This document shows, in pieces, positions 8,052 to 19,858 of a DNA stretch of 64,000 nucleotides. A program made the translations under genes and the position numbers. Source of the stretch: Acidobacteriota bacterium (GTDB lineage Bacteria > Acidobacteriota > Vicinamibacteria > Vicinamibacterales > CAVVIG01); NCBI GenBank assembly GCA_018268955.1, contig JAFDVO010000003.1, positions 138,580 to 202,579 of the forward strand, in the 5' to 3' direction. The notes below the pieces were generated by a model. The model worked only from the letters and a program-made list of their open reading frames with translations, searched no databases and had not been told where the DNA came from. Numbering within the stretch: the first letter of the stretch is position 1; each line of letters starts with the position of its first letter.

Positions 8052-10931
8052 TTGACCGTTTACCACGCCAAGTACTTCGCATATGACCTGACGAGGCAGG
8101 CTGCATCCGGCATCGATCGACTCTCCATGTCGCTGTTTGACGCGGCAGTCGATCTAAACCCGCATCAGATCGAGGCCGCGCTCTTCGCCCTTCAGTCGCC
8201 ATTGTCCAAAGGCGTCATCCTCGCCGACGAGGTGGGCCTTGGGAAGACAATCGAGGCTGGCATTGTACTGTGCCAATTCTGGGCTGAACGGCGGCGACGG
8301 ATTCTCGTGATTTGCCCTGCGTCCCTGCGCAAACAGTGGGCGCTCGAACTGGGAGACAAATTTCACCTCCCAACCCGAGTTCTCGACGCCAAGACCTTCC
8401 GCGATGAGCAGCGCCAAGGCCGGATGCCGTTGAACGAGCGATCCGTACTCATCATGTCGTTCAACTATGCGAGTGCTCTTCGCGACGAGCTCAAAGCCGT
8501 CCCGTGGGACCTGGTAGTGATCGATGAGGCTCACAAGCTACGAAACGCGTACAGGCCGAGCAACAAGGTTGCACTGAACGTCCGCTGGGCCACCGAGGGC
8601 TGCCGAAAACTTCTGCTTACCGCGACGCCTCTTCAAAATTCCCTATTGGAGCTGTTCGGTCTCTCGACGCTGATCGACGAGCACCTGTTTGGTGACCTGA
8701 ATGCATTCCGCTCCCGGTACACCAGTGGCGATAGCAACATCGCCGACCTGCGTCAGCGTCTGTCGGCCTTCTGTAAACGAACGCTGCGGAACCAAGTCAC
8801 CGAATTCATTCGCTACACAGAACGACGAGCCATCACGCGTCCGTTTAAGCCGAGCGACGATGAGCACGCCCTCTACGAAGCGGTGTCCGCCTTCTTGCAG
8901 CGACCTGACAGTTACGCTCTGCCGAAGCGTCAACGCCATCTCACTGCGCTCATTCTGCGAAAGCTGCTTGCATCGTCCTCACCGGCAATAGCAGCGACCC
9001 TCGACACGCTTCGACTTCGTCTCGAATCCCTACAGCAGGAGCGTATCGAAGACGATCCAGACCTAGCGGAGCGCATTGTTGACACGGAGGAAATCGACGG
9101 CGATCTCTTAGACGAGATTCTTGGAGAGAGTGACGAGCCAAACAGTCCCACAGCAATCTCACCGCCAATCGACGCACAGAAACTGCGCGAGGAGATCGAA
9201 GTCCTGCGACGACTCTCGACGTGGGGCCGAAGCATCGGCATCGACACGAAGACACGGACACTCCTAAAGGCGCTCGATATCGGATTTGAACAGATGGCAA
9301 CCATCGGCGCAGCGCGTCGAGCGTTGATCTTCACGGAGTCCCGCCGCACTCAGGATTATCTGAAGTCTTTCCTCGAATCGAACGGATATCCGGGTCAGGT
9401 GGTCCTGTTCAACGGAACCAATGGTGGTGCAGAAGCGACGACGATCTACGAACGATGGGTTGCGAAGAATCGAGAGACCGGCCGTGTGTCTGGCTCCAAA
9501 GCAGTTGACGTGCGCACGGCGTTGATCGAGCACTTTCGTGATGACGCAACTATCCTCATCGCGACGGAAGCGGCCGCCGAAGGCATCAACCTTCAATTTT
9601 GCTCCCTCGTTATCAACTACGACCTGCCGTGGAATCCTCAGCGCATCGAGCAGCGCATCGGTCGCTGCCATCGATACGGTCAACGACACGACGTCGTCGT
9701 GATCAACTTCCTGAACGAACGGAACGACGCAGACCGGCGCGTGCTCGAACTGCTCGGACAGAAGTTCAACCTCTTCAACGGAGTCTTCGGGGCGTCGGAC
9801 GAAGTACTCGGGAGTATTGAGTCTGGCGTGGACTTCGAGAAGCGCATTCTCGCCATTTACCAAGAGTGCCGAACCGCTGACGAGATCGAGAGCGCTTTTC
9901 GTGCGTTGCAGTCTGAGATGGACGAGCACATTCGCACGCGAATGGATGACACGCGTAAGAAGTTGTTCGAGCATTTCGATGAGGATGTTCATCAGCGCCT
10001 GCGAGTTCAGTTGGCTGACGCTAAGGAGAACCTAGACAGGGTGGGCCAGCGATTCTGGGCCCTGACCCGCATTATGCTCAACGAACTAGCCGCGTTCGAC
10101 GACGACGCCCTCACTTTCGACCTGGAGCGCCCACCTGCTGAAGGCATCGACGTTGGGCGGTACCATCTGATCTCGAAGTCACGTAGTCGAGAGCAAGATG
10201 ATGGGGACGACCGCAGCCGCTTTCTTTATCGACTATCCCATCCGCTCGGAGAACACGTTGTCGAGACATCGAAGCGTCTTGACACTCCCCATGCGCACGT
10301 GGTGTTCAATGTAACGAACAACCGCACACGGCTACACGTTATCGAAAACCTCCGCGGCACAAGCGGCTTCCTTCTGCTGACGAAGTTGGCGATCGAATCC
10401 TACGAGCGAGAGGATTACCTACTGTTCTCTGGGTTCGACGAGAGCGGAGTCAGCATCGATCATGAGACCCTGGAAAAGTTGTTCAGCTGTGTTGCCCGTG
10501 TTGAGAGGACCGCGTCGCTTCCGGAAGTCGTCGCCCAGCGGCTAGCAGCGGAGAGCGATCGCTACTCTAGGGCCACTGTGAACCGGTCGCTAGAGCAGAA
10601 CAGCGTCCATTTCAATCAAGCGCGGGAGAAGCTCGACAAGTGGGCTGACGACATGGTCCTCTCTGCGGAGAAGGCGCTGCGCGACACAAAAGATCAAATC
10701 AAAGCGTTGCGACGTCAGGCGAGGCAAGCGGCGACGCTTCAAGAGCAGCACGAGATCCAAGAGAAGCTTCAGAGACTGGAGCGTCAGCAGCGCCGTCAGC
10801 GGCATGAGATCTTCGCTGCAGAGGACGAGGTAATGCAGAAGCGGGACGTGCTCGTCGATTCGCTTGAGAAACGACTGTCCCAGCGAACTGAGGCGGAGAC
10901 GCTGTTCACCATACGGTGGACGGTCGAGTAA
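8052..10931 (+). CDS. SNF2-family helicase with long C-terminal extension and coiled coil
   Basis: Motif [13 protein letters not shown], motif [13 protein letters not shown], motif [13 protein letters not shown]. The C-terminal ~380 aa end in a [18 protein letters not shown] coiled coil. TTG start. Confidence 0.85.
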   Translation: MTVYHAKYFAYDLTRQAASGIDRLSMSLFDAAVDLNPHQIEAALFALQSPLSKGVILADEVGLGKTIEAGIVLCQFWAERRRRILVICPASLRKQWALELGDKFHLPTRVLDAKTFRDEQRQGRMPLNERSVLIMSFNYASALRDELKAVPWDLVVIDEAHKLRNAYRPSNKVALNVRWATEGCRKLLLTATPLQNSLLELFGLSTLIDEHLFGDLNAFRSRYTSGDSNIADLRQRLSAFCKRTLRNQVTEFIRYTERRAITRPFKPSDDEHALYEAVSAFLQRPDSYALPKRQRHLTALILRKLLASSSPAIAATLDTLRLRLESLQQERIEDDPDLAERIVDTEEIDGDLLDEILGESDEPNSPTAISPPIDAQKLREEIEVLRRLSTWGRSIGIDTKTRTLLKALDIGFEQMATIGAARRALIFTESRRTQDYLKSFLESNGYPGQVVLFNGTNGGAEATTIYERWVAKNRETGRVSGSKAVDVRTALIEHFRDDATILIATEAAAEGINLQFCSLVINYDLPWNPQRIEQRIGRCHRYGQRHDVVVINFLNERNDADRRVLELLGQKFNLFNGVFGASDEVLGSIESGVDFEKRILAIYQECRTADEIESAFRALQSEMDEHIRTRMDDTRKKLFEHFDEDVHQRLRVQLADAKENLDRVGQRFWALTRIMLNELAAFDDDALTFDLERPPAEGIDVGRYHLISKSRSREQDDGDDRSRFLYRLSHPLGEHVVETSKRLDTPHAHVVFNVTNNRTRLHVIENLRGTSGFLLLTKLAIESYEREDYLLFSGFDESGVSIDHETLEKLFSCVARVERTASLPEVVAQRLAAESDRYSRATVNRSLEQNSVHFNQAREKLDKWADDMVLSAEKALRDTKDQIKALRRQARQAATLQEQHEIQEKLQRLERQQRRQRHEIFAAEDEVMQKRDVLVDSLEKRLSQRTEAETLFTIRWTVE

Positions 10932-10975
10932 CTGACCGCGGGCCCGGACATGAACCACACAGGACGAGAGACTCG

Positions 10976-13900
10976 ATGAGCCAGAAATACGAGAAGCTGA
11001 AGACCCTGCTCAAGGAGCTATTTCAGCTCGATCAGCCGGATCTGGATTTCGGACTCTATCGCATCATGCACGCTAAGAGCGCCGAAGTGACTCAGTTTCT
11101 GGACAAGGATCTGCTTCCTCAGGTGAAGCAGGAGTTTGGTCTCTACAAGACCGCCGATAAGGCAGTGCTTGAGGCCGACCTTGCGAAGGCGATGGAGCAA
11201 GCACACGCCCTCGGCGCCGACCCGGAGACGCTTCCCAAGGTCAAGGATCTCCGACATCGGATTGCCACGGAGGCCGTCGATCTGGATGGCCTGGAGAGTG
11301 AGGTGTACGACTCGCTCTTCAACTTCTTCCGACGCTACTACTCAGAGGGCGATTTCCTCGCCAAGCGCGTGTACAAGCCAGGCGTGTATGCGGTTCCGTA
11401 TGAGGGTGAAGAGGTCACGTTGCATTGGGCGAACGCAGACCAGTATTACATCAAAACCACTGAGCATCTACGCGACTACGCGTTTCGCCTCCGTCCCGAC
11501 AGTGCCTCGAATCCGCTTCGAGTTCACTTCCGCCTCATTGACGGCACGGAGGGCGAGCACGGTAACGTCAAGGCGGTAGAAGGGAAGGATCGCCTCTTCG
11601 TGCCCGTCCGGGAAGGCGCTGCGGCGCCGTTGATCAGCATCGACGATGGCGACCTTGTCATCAGGTTCGAGTACCGCCCGTCGACGTTGACCGATTGGCA
11701 GCCGGAAGCGCATGAAGACAAGACGAAGCCGCCGACGCAAAAGGACCTGCTCTCCTTGGCAACGAAGCGCGTTCTCGCGTCTACGGACGTAACGCTTACT
11801 CCTTGGATCGAAGAGCTCGCCAAGCCTCACCTGTTGAGCGACGGGGAGAGGGCCGGGTACACACGCCTGGAAGCCCATCTCCAGCGCTACGCGGCACGAA
11901 ACACTTTCGACTACTTCGTCCACAAAGACCTTGGCGGCTTTCTCCGTCGCGAGCTGGATTTCTACATCAAGAACGAGGTCATGCATCTCGATGACGTTGA
12001 GAACGAAAGCGCTCCTCGCGTCGAGCAGTATTTGTCCAAGATCCGCGTGATCCGGCGGATCGCCTCTAAGCTCATCGACTTTCTTGCGCAGCTCGAAGAC
12101 TTTCAAGACCGTCTGTGGCGAAAGAAGAAGTTCATCACGGACACGTCTTGGCTGATTCGCCTTGACTGCATTCCGGACGCCTTTTACGCCGTGATAGGAG
12201 CGAACGATGCCCAGCGCCAGGAGTGGATCGACCTTTACGCAATTGACAAGATTGCGGGCGACCTCACAACTCCGGCCTACACCAATCCTCTGACGCCTGC
12301 ATTCCTCAAGGCTAACCCAACGCTTCTTATCGACACAGTACACTTCCCGCCAGAGGTGGTGTTCGATCTCCTGCAGACGTTCGACACGTTGGAGGCCGAG
12401 ATCGGAGGAGTGTTGCTACAAGGCGAGAACTTTCACGCCTTGTCACTTCTTCAGGCGGCTTACGATTCGGCGATCGACAGCATCTATATAGATCCTCCGT
12501 ATAACACTGACGCCGGACCGATTATCTACAAGAACGGCTATCGACACTCTTCGTGGCTGTCGCTCGTCGACGGACGTATCCAGCTAAGCCGACGCCTGAT
12601 GACGGCGGAGGCGATCATGTGCGTAACCATCGATGACGTCGAAGTCCATCACCTACGAAGCCTGTTGGAAAGTACGCTTCCGACACACAAGCTTCTGGGA
12701 GCTGTCGCTATCAAGAACAATCCCGCCGGGCGCACGGGCACCGTCGGATTCTCCATCTGTCACGAATACGCTCTGTTCTACGGTCGGGAGGGGGCGGCTC
12801 GTGTGGGCCGACTTGAGCACAGCGAAGTTCAGAAGGCCCGGTACAAAGAGAAGGACGACGTGGGCGCCTTCGAGTGGACAAACTTCAGAAAGCACGGCGG
12901 CCTCAATACATACCGCACGGCCCGACCGCGACAGTTTTACCCAATCTACGTCGAGGGCGACAACATCCGTATACCCGCGATGGAATGGGATCGGAATGCG
13001 CGCGTTTGGAAAGTTCAAGACGAAGCGGCAAAGGGAGAGGAGGTGCTCCTGCCGATTGACTCTGACGGTCGCGAGCGCATCTGGGATTTTGTGGTTGACA
13101 CCGCCCGTGAGGCGATTCCGCATCTCAAGGTCCGCAAGGACACGCACGGGAAGACCGCCATCTATCGCAAGTGGCGACTGAAAGATGACGGTTTGCTGCC
13201 TCAGACGATTTGGGACAAGTCAGAGTACTCGGCAGCTGAGTACGGCACCAACCTCCTTGCAAACATTTTCGGCGAGACGCACAGGTTCACCTTCCCGAAG
13301 TCGCTCCATGCCGTCGAGGATTGTCTACGAGTCGCGAACCTCAAGACGAACACGGAAGGGGTCGTTCTCGACTACTTCGCGGGGTCAGGCACGACTGGGC
13401 ACGCCGCGATTGAGCTCAATCGGGAGGACGGGGGCACGCGCAAGTTTCTCCTAATCGAACAGGCAGACTACTTCGACACCGCATTAGTGCCACGGTTGAA
13501 GAAGATCATCTACGCGCCAGACTGGAAGGACGGCGCGCCCCGGCGATTCGCCACTGCCGAGGAGGCCGAACGAAGCCCTCGAATAATAAAAGTGCTTCGC
13601 CTCGAGTCCTACGAGGACACCTTGAACAACCTCGTTATGGACCGAACCAAGGCGCAGCAGAGTCTTCTCGACGCGCCGGCAGCACGGGATAGCCTGAGAG
13701 AACAGTTCATCATTCGTTACATGCTCAACGTGGAGAGCCGTGGCAGTCAGTCGCTCCTGAACGTGGCAGCGTTCAAGGACCCCACCGCGTACAGGCTGAA
13801 AGTGAGGAGACCTGGGTCTGACGAAAGCCGCGAAATCAACGTCGATCTTCTGGAAACGTTCAACTGGCTGACCGGCCTGGTGGTTCAGCACATTGCTGCG

Positions 13901-14257
13901 CCGCAGGCATTCAGCGCCTCGTTTGAGCGTGACGCCGAAAAGCGGCTCCAGCTTACGGGACGTCTCAAGCCGGCAGAGGGCCCTTTCTGGTTTCGTACGG
14001 TTACGGGAACGACACCAGATGGTCGGAAGACTCTCGTAATTTGGCGAAAGCTTACGGGCATGGCCGAAGAAGATAACCTCGTGCTCGATGAGTGGTTCAC
14101 GAAGCAGGGATACTCTAGCAAGGACAGCGAATTCGATTTGATTTATGTCAACGGCGGCAACAACCTGGAAAATCTGAAGGCGGCCGATGATACCTGGAAG
14201 GTGAGGCTGATCGAAGAAGACTTCCACCGCCTGATGTTCGACACGGACGGTCTCTGA
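10976..14257 (+). CDS. large DNA methyltransferase (DPPY, N6-A/N4-C beta-class, Mod-like) with ~500-aa N-terminal extension
   Basis: IYIDPPYNT catalytic motif and [16 protein letters not shown]-binding motif. The ATG at 10976 (MSQKYEKL) follows aggacgagag. Confidence 0.85.
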   Translation: MSQKYEKLKTLLKELFQLDQPDLDFGLYRIMHAKSAEVTQFLDKDLLPQVKQEFGLYKTADKAVLEADLAKAMEQAHALGADPETLPKVKDLRHRIATEAVDLDGLESEVYDSLFNFFRRYYSEGDFLAKRVYKPGVYAVPYEGEEVTLHWANADQYYIKTTEHLRDYAFRLRPDSASNPLRVHFRLIDGTEGEHGNVKAVEGKDRLFVPVREGAAAPLISIDDGDLVIRFEYRPSTLTDWQPEAHEDKTKPPTQKDLLSLATKRVLASTDVTLTPWIEELAKPHLLSDGERAGYTRLEAHLQRYAARNTFDYFVHKDLGGFLRRELDFYIKNEVMHLDDVENESAPRVEQYLSKIRVIRRIASKLIDFLAQLEDFQDRLWRKKKFITDTSWLIRLDCIPDAFYAVIGANDAQRQEWIDLYAIDKIAGDLTTPAYTNPLTPAFLKANPTLLIDTVHFPPEVVFDLLQTFDTLEAEIGGVLLQGENFHALSLLQAAYDSAIDSIYIDPPYNTDAGPIIYKNGYRHSSWLSLVDGRIQLSRRLMTAEAIMCVTIDDVEVHHLRSLLESTLPTHKLLGAVAIKNNPAGRTGTVGFSICHEYALFYGREGAARVGRLEHSEVQKARYKEKDDVGAFEWTNFRKHGGLNTYRTARPRQFYPIYVEGDNIRIPAMEWDRNARVWKVQDEAAKGEEVLLPIDSDGRERIWDFVVDTAREAIPHLKVRKDTHGKTAIYRKWRLKDDGLLPQTIWDKSEYSAAEYGTNLLANIFGETHRFTFPKSLHAVEDCLRVANLKTNTEGVVLDYFAGSGTTGHAAIELNREDGGTRKFLLIEQADYFDTALVPRLKKIIYAPDWKDGAPRRFATAEEAERSPRIIKVLRLESYEDTLNNLVMDRTKAQQSLLDAPAARDSLREQFIIRYMLNVESRGSQSLLNVAAFKDPTAYRLKVRRPGSDESREINVDLLETFNWLTGLVVQHIAAPQAFSASFERDAEKRLQLTGRLKPAEGPFWFRTVTGTTPDGRKTLVIWRKLTGMAEEDNLVLDEWFTKQGYSSKDSEFDLIYVNGGNNLENLKAADDTWKVRLIEEDFHRLMFDTDGL

Positions 14258-17200
14258 TGCCACGTCGACGAACAGCCAACACACCCGCTCGGGCCGTACC
14301 GCGTCGCCGCAGTGCGAACAGGCCACAGGTGCCGTTCGTGTACAAGCTGGTTCTCAATCAATGGTTGTTGTCACTGTTCAACGTAAAGCGGTTCGACGAC
14401 CTTGCTGAGCACCTCCGGAACGAAGGGCTGGAGGGGTTGGATGAGAACAACGTCCATCATTTTCATCATGCCCTGACGGCACAGTTGTTTAACCTGACGC
14501 AGCTGTCGACGGAGCTCCTGCTCGAATACGATCAGAACATCGTCAAGCACACTCAACGCCTAAGCGAAAGGCGCACCGCACGCGGCGAAGGCCAGATCGT
14601 GTGGAAGTATTTTCAGTATCTGACCCTTCTCTTCACCGAGATATACCTGGACAAGTATTTCCGCGATCCGAATGCTTTGCTAGGGGCGGTGAACGCGCAG
14701 ATCGCTACGACTAACGCCGACCGGCCGGAAGCCGACCAGATTACCCCTTTCGACGCGCAGGACGAGGCCTGGCTCCAGCTGAACAAGCTTGCCTACTGGA
14801 GTGCGACGGGTAGCGGAAAGACGCTGCTGATGCACGCGAATATCCTCCAGTATCAGCACTACCTGGACAAGCATCATAGGCGGCGAGAATTGAATCGCAT
14901 CATCCTTCTCACGCCCAATGAGGGCCTCAGCCAACAGCACCTGCGTGAATTCGAGACCGCCGGGATCTCCGCAGAGCTGTTCAACAAGGATGGGCGCGGA
15001 CTGTTCGCCGGTCACGCCGTCGAAATTCTCGATATTCACAAGCTGAAAGACGAGATGGGCGACAAGACAATCGCCATCGATGCGTTCGAAGGCAACAACC
15101 TCGTACTCGTTGACGAGGGCCATCGAGGTGCGTCTGGTGGCGAAGAGGGCGCGTGGATGCGCTTCAGGAATGCGCTCTGCGAGAAGGGGTTTTCGTTTGA
15201 GTACTCCGCTACCTTTGGCCAGGCAGTAAAGGGAAGCCGGGCCCTAACAGATCTGTACGCAAAGAACATTCTCTTCGACTACTCGTATCGCTACTTCTAC
15301 GGAGACGGCTTCGGCAAGGACTACCAGATCCTCAATCTTGATGAAGGAACTCAAGCCAACAATCTCGACCTGTATCTGGTCGCTTGCCTGCTCGCATTTT
15401 TCCAGCAGCAACGCGTCTACCGAGAGCAGGAGGCGGCGTTTCGACCATTCAACATCGAGAAGCCGCTGTGGGTATTCGTCGGCGGCAGTGTCACAAAGAC
15501 GCTGGCGACGCGTGACGCGTCAGACATTATTGAAATCCTGCGCTTCCTAGGGCGTTACGTCTCCGACCGGGCCGGCAGTGTCCAGCGAATCGAGCGCGTC
15601 CTCAACCAGGGGCTCGTGACGGCGGATGCCACGAATCTGTTTGCCGGCCGATTCCCGCACCTGAATACCGCCGGTCTTACGTCTGCCCAAGTGTACGAGG
15701 AGACTTTAGCCACGCTCTTCAACGCCAGCGGTGGCGGATCTCTGCACGTCGAGAACCTGACCGGAGTGTCCGGCGAGATTGCCCTGCGTGTCGGGGACAA
15801 TGATCCGTTCGGCGTGATTAACGTGGGCGACGATGCGAAGCTCGTCAAGCTGTGCGAGGAAAAGGGGCTGCTCGTTGGCGACCGCGATTTCAAGGGGTCC
15901 CTGTTTCACGAACTGAACAGAGCGGATTCAACAATCAATGTCCTTATTGGTTCGAAGAAGTTCACCGAGGGCTGGAATAGCTGGCGGGTGAGCACAATGG
16001 GCTTGATGAACGTCGGACAAACCGAGGGTTCGCAGATCATCCAGCTGTTTGGCCGGGGCGTACGTCTCAAGGGCTACAACCAAAGCCTTAAACGCAGTGG
16101 CAAGACGCAGTTGCCTGAGGACTTGGCGCGTCCGAAGCAGATCGGCCTTCTTGAGACGCTTTCGATCTTCGGTATTCGTGCCGACTACATGGCGCAGTTC
16201 AGGGACTTCCTGGAGGAAGAGGGGCTGCCCACCAACGACGACCGATTCGAGTTCTTGCTGCCCATCATCAAGAACCTCGGCTCGCAGCGCCTTCGAACTA
16301 TACGCCTCAAGAAGGCGATCAACGGCGTGAGCACCGAGTTCGGTGACGCATTCCGGAGGCTTGGTCCGATCGCAACGCTTGCGAAACCCGATCCGTCGAA
16401 AGAGCCAAGGACCGACTACCTGCAGAAGAATCAGGTGTCGCTCAACTGGTATCCGAAGATCGAAGCGATGAAGTCGCGCGGTGTGGCGGGCGGCGATGCA
16501 GAGGTCGCACCTAACCGCACGCACTTGACTGCGGGGCACATCGCCTTTCTGAATCTCGACAAGCTGTACTTTGAGTTGGAACGATTCAAGGCGGAGCGTG
16601 GCTGGTACAACCTCAACGTGGCCCGCGAAGCCATTCCGACGCTCCTAGGCGACCAGAGTTGGTATCAGCTCTTGATTCCCGCAGAGGAACTGGCGGCGGA
16701 TTCGTTTGAAAAGGTCGCGCTGTGGGAGGAGATCGCGCTTTCACTTCTAAAGAAGTACGCCGAACGCTACTACACGTTTCGAAAGCGGGAGTGGGAACTT
16801 CCGCACCTTGAATATCAAGACCTGTCTCACGACGACCCGAACTTTCTTGGTGATCGAGACGACACAGGGAATGGATACTACCGTCTACTGATCGAGCAAT
16901 CGCAGGAGGAAATCGTCTCCAAGCTTGAGGAGCTCAAAGAGCTCATTCTGAAAGGCGATCTGAAGCCGTGGGAGTTTCACGGGCTTAAGGCCATGTGGTT
17001 CGGCCAACACCTTTACGAACCACTGCTCTACCTAGATCACAAGCTCGTCGAGATCAGCCCCGTGCCGCTCAACAAGGGCGAGCGCTACTTTGTCGAAGAC
17101 CTTAAGGCATATCACGACGCCGCCAAGACATTCTTCCAAGGCAAGCAATTGTATCTGCTACGCAATCTCAGCAAAGGGCGTGGCGTCGGATTTTTCGAAG

Positions 17201-17520
17201 CTGGAAATTTTCATCCTGACTTTATTCTGTGGCTCTTGGTCGGCGGCAAACAACACATAATCTTTGTTGATCCGAAGGGCATCAGGAATCTTCCCGCAAC
17301 CGACGCGAAGATTCAGTTTTACGCCACGATCAAGGAAATCGAGGAACGCCTGGGCGATCCGGCTGTCCAGCTGCATTCGTTCATCGTGTCGAACACTCCC
17401 TCGCACGTGATGCGGATGTTCTGGAACATGGATAAGGCGGCCATGGCGGCAAAAAACATCGTGTTTCAGGAAGAGGACAAAGACACGTACGTGGAGACGA
17501 TGCTGCGGAGCGTGGTGTGA
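14257..17520 (+). CDS. type III Res-like helicase with C-terminal PD-(D/E)xK-like nuclease motif
   Basis: Walker [14 protein letters not shown] box LVDEGHRG, and a C-terminal HPDFILW...IIFVDPKG motif. The start overlaps the methyltransferase stop (TGATG). Confidence 0.8.
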   Translation: MPRRRTANTPARAVPRRRSANRPQVPFVYKLVLNQWLLSLFNVKRFDDLAEHLRNEGLEGLDENNVHHFHHALTAQLFNLTQLSTELLLEYDQNIVKHTQRLSERRTARGEGQIVWKYFQYLTLLFTEIYLDKYFRDPNALLGAVNAQIATTNADRPEADQITPFDAQDEAWLQLNKLAYWSATGSGKTLLMHANILQYQHYLDKHHRRRELNRIILLTPNEGLSQQHLREFETAGISAELFNKDGRGLFAGHAVEILDIHKLKDEMGDKTIAIDAFEGNNLVLVDEGHRGASGGEEGAWMRFRNALCEKGFSFEYSATFGQAVKGSRALTDLYAKNILFDYSYRYFYGDGFGKDYQILNLDEGTQANNLDLYLVACLLAFFQQQRVYREQEAAFRPFNIEKPLWVFVGGSVTKTLATRDASDIIEILRFLGRYVSDRAGSVQRIERVLNQGLVTADATNLFAGRFPHLNTAGLTSAQVYEETLATLFNASGGGSLHVENLTGVSGEIALRVGDNDPFGVINVGDDAKLVKLCEEKGLLVGDRDFKGSLFHELNRADSTINVLIGSKKFTEGWNSWRVSTMGLMNVGQTEGSQIIQLFGRGVRLKGYNQSLKRSGKTQLPEDLARPKQIGLLETLSIFGIRADYMAQFRDFLEEEGLPTNDDRFEFLLPIIKNLGSQRLRTIRLKKAINGVSTEFGDAFRRLGPIATLAKPDPSKEPRTDYLQKNQVSLNWYPKIEAMKSRGVAGGDAEVAPNRTHLTAGHIAFLNLDKLYFELERFKAERGWYNLNVAREAIPTLLGDQSWYQLLIPAEELAADSFEKVALWEEIALSLLKKYAERYYTFRKREWELPHLEYQDLSHDDPNFLGDRDDTGNGYYRLLIEQSQEEIVSKLEELKELILKGDLKPWEFHGLKAMWFGQHLYEPLLYLDHKLVEISPVPLNKGERYFVEDLKAYHDAAKTFFQGKQLYLLRNLSKGRGVGFFEAGNFHPDFILWLLVGGKQHIIFVDPKGIRNLPATDAKIQFYATIKEIEERLGDPAVQLHSFIVSNTPSHVMRMFWNMDKAAMAAKNIVFQEEDKDTYVETMLRSVV

Positions 17521-17532
17521 GTGCCGGATGAC

Positions 17533-18513
17533 TCAGATGGCGATTCGCTCAATCTCGTCGAGCGTCAGTTCGTCCTTCGTGCGATCGTAGAGTTTCGTAG
17601 TTCGCGGCGACTCGTGTGCAGCGATCTGTTGTGCCTTCTCAATCGTTCCTCCGTTCTCTAGGTAAGCGGTGATTCCGGTCGCCCTAAACGTGTGGCAGCA
17701 CGAATGTACGTCGAGCCCCGCCGCCTTCGCGCGCCGGTAGACCATCCGCAGGACGTCGAGCCGGTGCATGCGGTTCTGCGTGAGCGTTCGCCCGCGGCCG
17801 ATGCTTCGAAAAAGCGACTCCTTCTTGTCGTCGCCGATGCCAGCCGCCTCGATGTATGCATCGAGATATTCTTCAGCGCTGTGATGCGCGGGAACCTCGT
17901 GCCGCTTTCCGCCTTTTTCGTGAAGCCGAAACCACCACCGTTTTCCGGTCGGGTAGTAGTCCTCGACACGCATGCCCACGACCGCGCTCACGCGCGCGAA
18001 GCTGTACACCATGACGCCGATGAGTGCCCGATCTCGGAGGCCGATGATCGTCGACGTTTCGATCGAGTCCAGAAGCTGCCGCGCCTGATCCGCCGTCAGA
18101 ACCGGCGTCTTGCCTCGCTTCACGACGTGCCTCGGACCTCGAACCGATGATGCCGGGTTCATTGGCAGCACCTGGCCGACGACCATCCAGTCAAACAGCA
18201 TCCGGATCGCCGCAAGCGATTGCTTCACGGTCGGCGCCGACTTCGTTCGTCCAAGCTGTTCGATGTACGCCGCTACGATCACCGGTTCGACTCGCTCAAG
18301 CGTGACTCCACGCTCATCGAGCCACGCGAAGAAATCTCCGATGGCCCGAGCATACGCGGCACGCGTGTTCGGGTTCCTGATGTTCGCGGTGAAGAATTCA
18401 ACGTACCGCCGACCGGCCCGTTCGCCGGCGTCCGCGACGATCGACGGTAGGAGCACTCCGGTCGGTCCGGAGACCGATGGCGTGACGAGGGCTTTCGAGG
18501 GCGACTTGCTCAT
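17533..18513 (-). CDS. tyrosine recombinase / integrase (XerC/D-like)
   Basis: N-terminal SAM-like domain; catalytic-domain motifs ARVSAVVGMRVEDY, HTFRATGITAYL and TTKLYDR. Confidence 0.85.
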   Translation of the reverse strand: MSKSPSKALVTPSVSGPTGVLLPSIVADAGERAGRRYVEFFTANIRNPNTRAAYARAIGDFFAWLDERGVTLERVEPVIVAAYIEQLGRTKSAPTVKQSLAAIRMLFDWMVVGQVLPMNPASSVRGPRHVVKRGKTPVLTADQARQLLDSIETSTIIGLRDRALIGVMVYSFARVSAVVGMRVEDYYPTGKRWWFRLHEKGGKRHEVPAHHSAEEYLDAYIEAAGIGDDKKESLFRSIGRGRTLTQNRMHRLDVLRMVYRRAKAAGLDVHSCCHTFRATGITAYLENGGTIEKAQQIAAHESPRTTKLYDRTKDELTLDEIERIAI

Positions 18514-18522
18514 GATCTATTG

Positions 18523-18548
18523 TGTATCATAACGTCCTTTATGATACA
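18523..18548. promoter_or_regulatory. inverted repeat TGTATCAT-N10-ATGATACA in the divergent integrase / GIY-YIG-like promoter region
   Basis: Perfect 8-bp arms read directly in AT-rich DNA between the two divergent starts. Confidence 0.45.
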
Positions 18549-18598
18549 TAGCATGCAGACCCTTGCGCTGTCACGGGCAAGGGTCCGAAGCTTGCCAA

Positions 18599-19057
18599 AT
18601 GCAAATCTCGGGACCAGACCGTTACGACCTGAAGATCACGCCAACTTCATTCGTCGTGAAGTGCGCCCAAGGTAAATCTCGATTCTCTGGTGCTGCAAAC
18701 TCGAACAAGCCGAAGCTGTACGTCGTGAGCGCTGAAGGTAGGCCCATTTACGTGGGCATCACGAAGCAATCGATGAGCACCAGGCTTCGATTGGGCCGAA
18801 CGGCGGACGGGACGACGGGCTATCACGGCTACTCTTGGCGGCATCACCATAGCGCGGCCGTACTGGACGTGTGGTGCCACGAAGACGCGACCGACAGAAA
18901 TTGTCTTGATATCGAAACGGTCGAGGCCGAAGTGGTCTTTCTGATTCGCAGCGCCGGCCAGTGGCCGGAGTTCCAGACCGAGATTCACTTTCACCGTTCC
19001 GAACCGATCCATCGTGAAATCGCCGCTCGGATCATTAGCCGCTACCGAGCCACTTGA
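18599..19057 (+). CDS. hypothetical protein, weak GIY-YIG-like nuclease motifs
   Basis: KLYVVSAEGRPIYVGITKQSMSTRLRLG could be the GIY...YIG...R motifs, with a later ETVEAEVVFLIR glutamate. ATG at 18599 is preferred over TTG at 18563. Confidence 0.4.
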   Translation: MQISGPDRYDLKITPTSFVVKCAQGKSRFSGAANSNKPKLYVVSAEGRPIYVGITKQSMSTRLRLGRTADGTTGYHGYSWRHHHSAAVLDVWCHEDATDRNCLDIETVEAEVVFLIRSAGQWPEFQTEIHFHRSEPIHREIAARIISRYRAT

Positions 19058-19069
19058 GTCTCGCGGACG

Positions 19070-19858
19070 CTACCCGCCCGCATCCTTAAGAAGCTGTCGA
19101 AGGTTGTGCGCCACGAGATCCCGAACTTCTGAGGGAGGTATCCCCAGGGCATCGGCCAGTTCGCTGACGGTGGTGCTCACGTCGGACGGCTTCGACGGTC
19201 GATCATCGAAGACGGTGAATGGACCGTCAGTTTCGGTAAGCAATCGCTCGGGTGGAATGCTGGCCACCATTCGGCGAGATGCCGGGCGGTCGAGCATCGC
19301 GCGATTAATCGAAAAATAGCAACCGGCCTGAACTGCGCGGCGGGCTTCCGAAGCGTTTCCTGTGAACCAGTGCAGCACCGCGCGGCCTCGGTTGGGCGGA
19401 AAGTGCGACGTGAGCATGTCGATGACTCTGCCAGCCGATCTGACGCTGTGTACGCTTAAGATTCTTCCGCCGGCGTCCGCGCAGGCGCTGAGAATCCGAC
19501 CGAATATTTCGACTTGAAGCGGGTACGACTTGTAGAAGCGTGGTCCAGCGTCGAGTCCGATCTCGCCGACATACCTCGCCTCGGGGAGTAGCGACTCCCA
19601 AAGGCCGATCTCTTCCGAGCGTTCCGCAACAAGCTGGGGATGCAAGCCCAGCGCTGGTCGAACATACTTTGTCTTCGATGCGAGTTCGTTGTTGCGGGTC
19701 CAGGCCCGTGGCGTCGTGGTAACCGCAAGAGTGTAGATGCCACGTTGCTCACATTCGGCTATCGCGGATTCGAGATCCGGGTACAAGTCAAGGTGGCAGT
19801 GAAAGTCTACCAAGCCCTGAGTCTGATCTAGTGAGCTATTGGGGTCTGGCGATGACAC
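19070..19858 (-). CDS. qatD: TatD-family metal-dependent hydrolase, QatD
   Basis: N-terminal VDFHCHLDLYP motif. It is the last gene of the KAP-NTPase/QatB/QueC-like/TatD operon and overlaps qatC. Confidence 0.8.
   Translation of the reverse strand: MSSPDPNSSLDQTQGLVDFHCHLDLYPDLESAIAECEQRGIYTLAVTTTPRAWTRNNELASKTKYVRPALGLHPQLVAERSEEIGLWESLLPEARYVGEIGLDAGPRFYKSYPLQVEIFGRILSACADAGGRILSVHSVRSAGRVIDMLTSHFPPNRGRAVLHWFTGNASEARRAVQAGCYFSINRAMLDRPASRRMVASIPPERLLTETDGPFTVFDDRPSKPSDVSTTVSELADALGIPPSEVRDLVAHNLRQLLKDAGG

Noticed and set aside
8052-17520. Calling the SNF2 / methylase / helicase trio a class 1 DISARM system
   Set aside because: DISARM is defined by DrmA plus a DUF1998 protein (DrmB) and usually a PLD nuclease (DrmC). 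No DUF1998-like or PLD (HxK) gene is present. The third gene looks like a type III Res with a PD-(D/E)xK-like tail.
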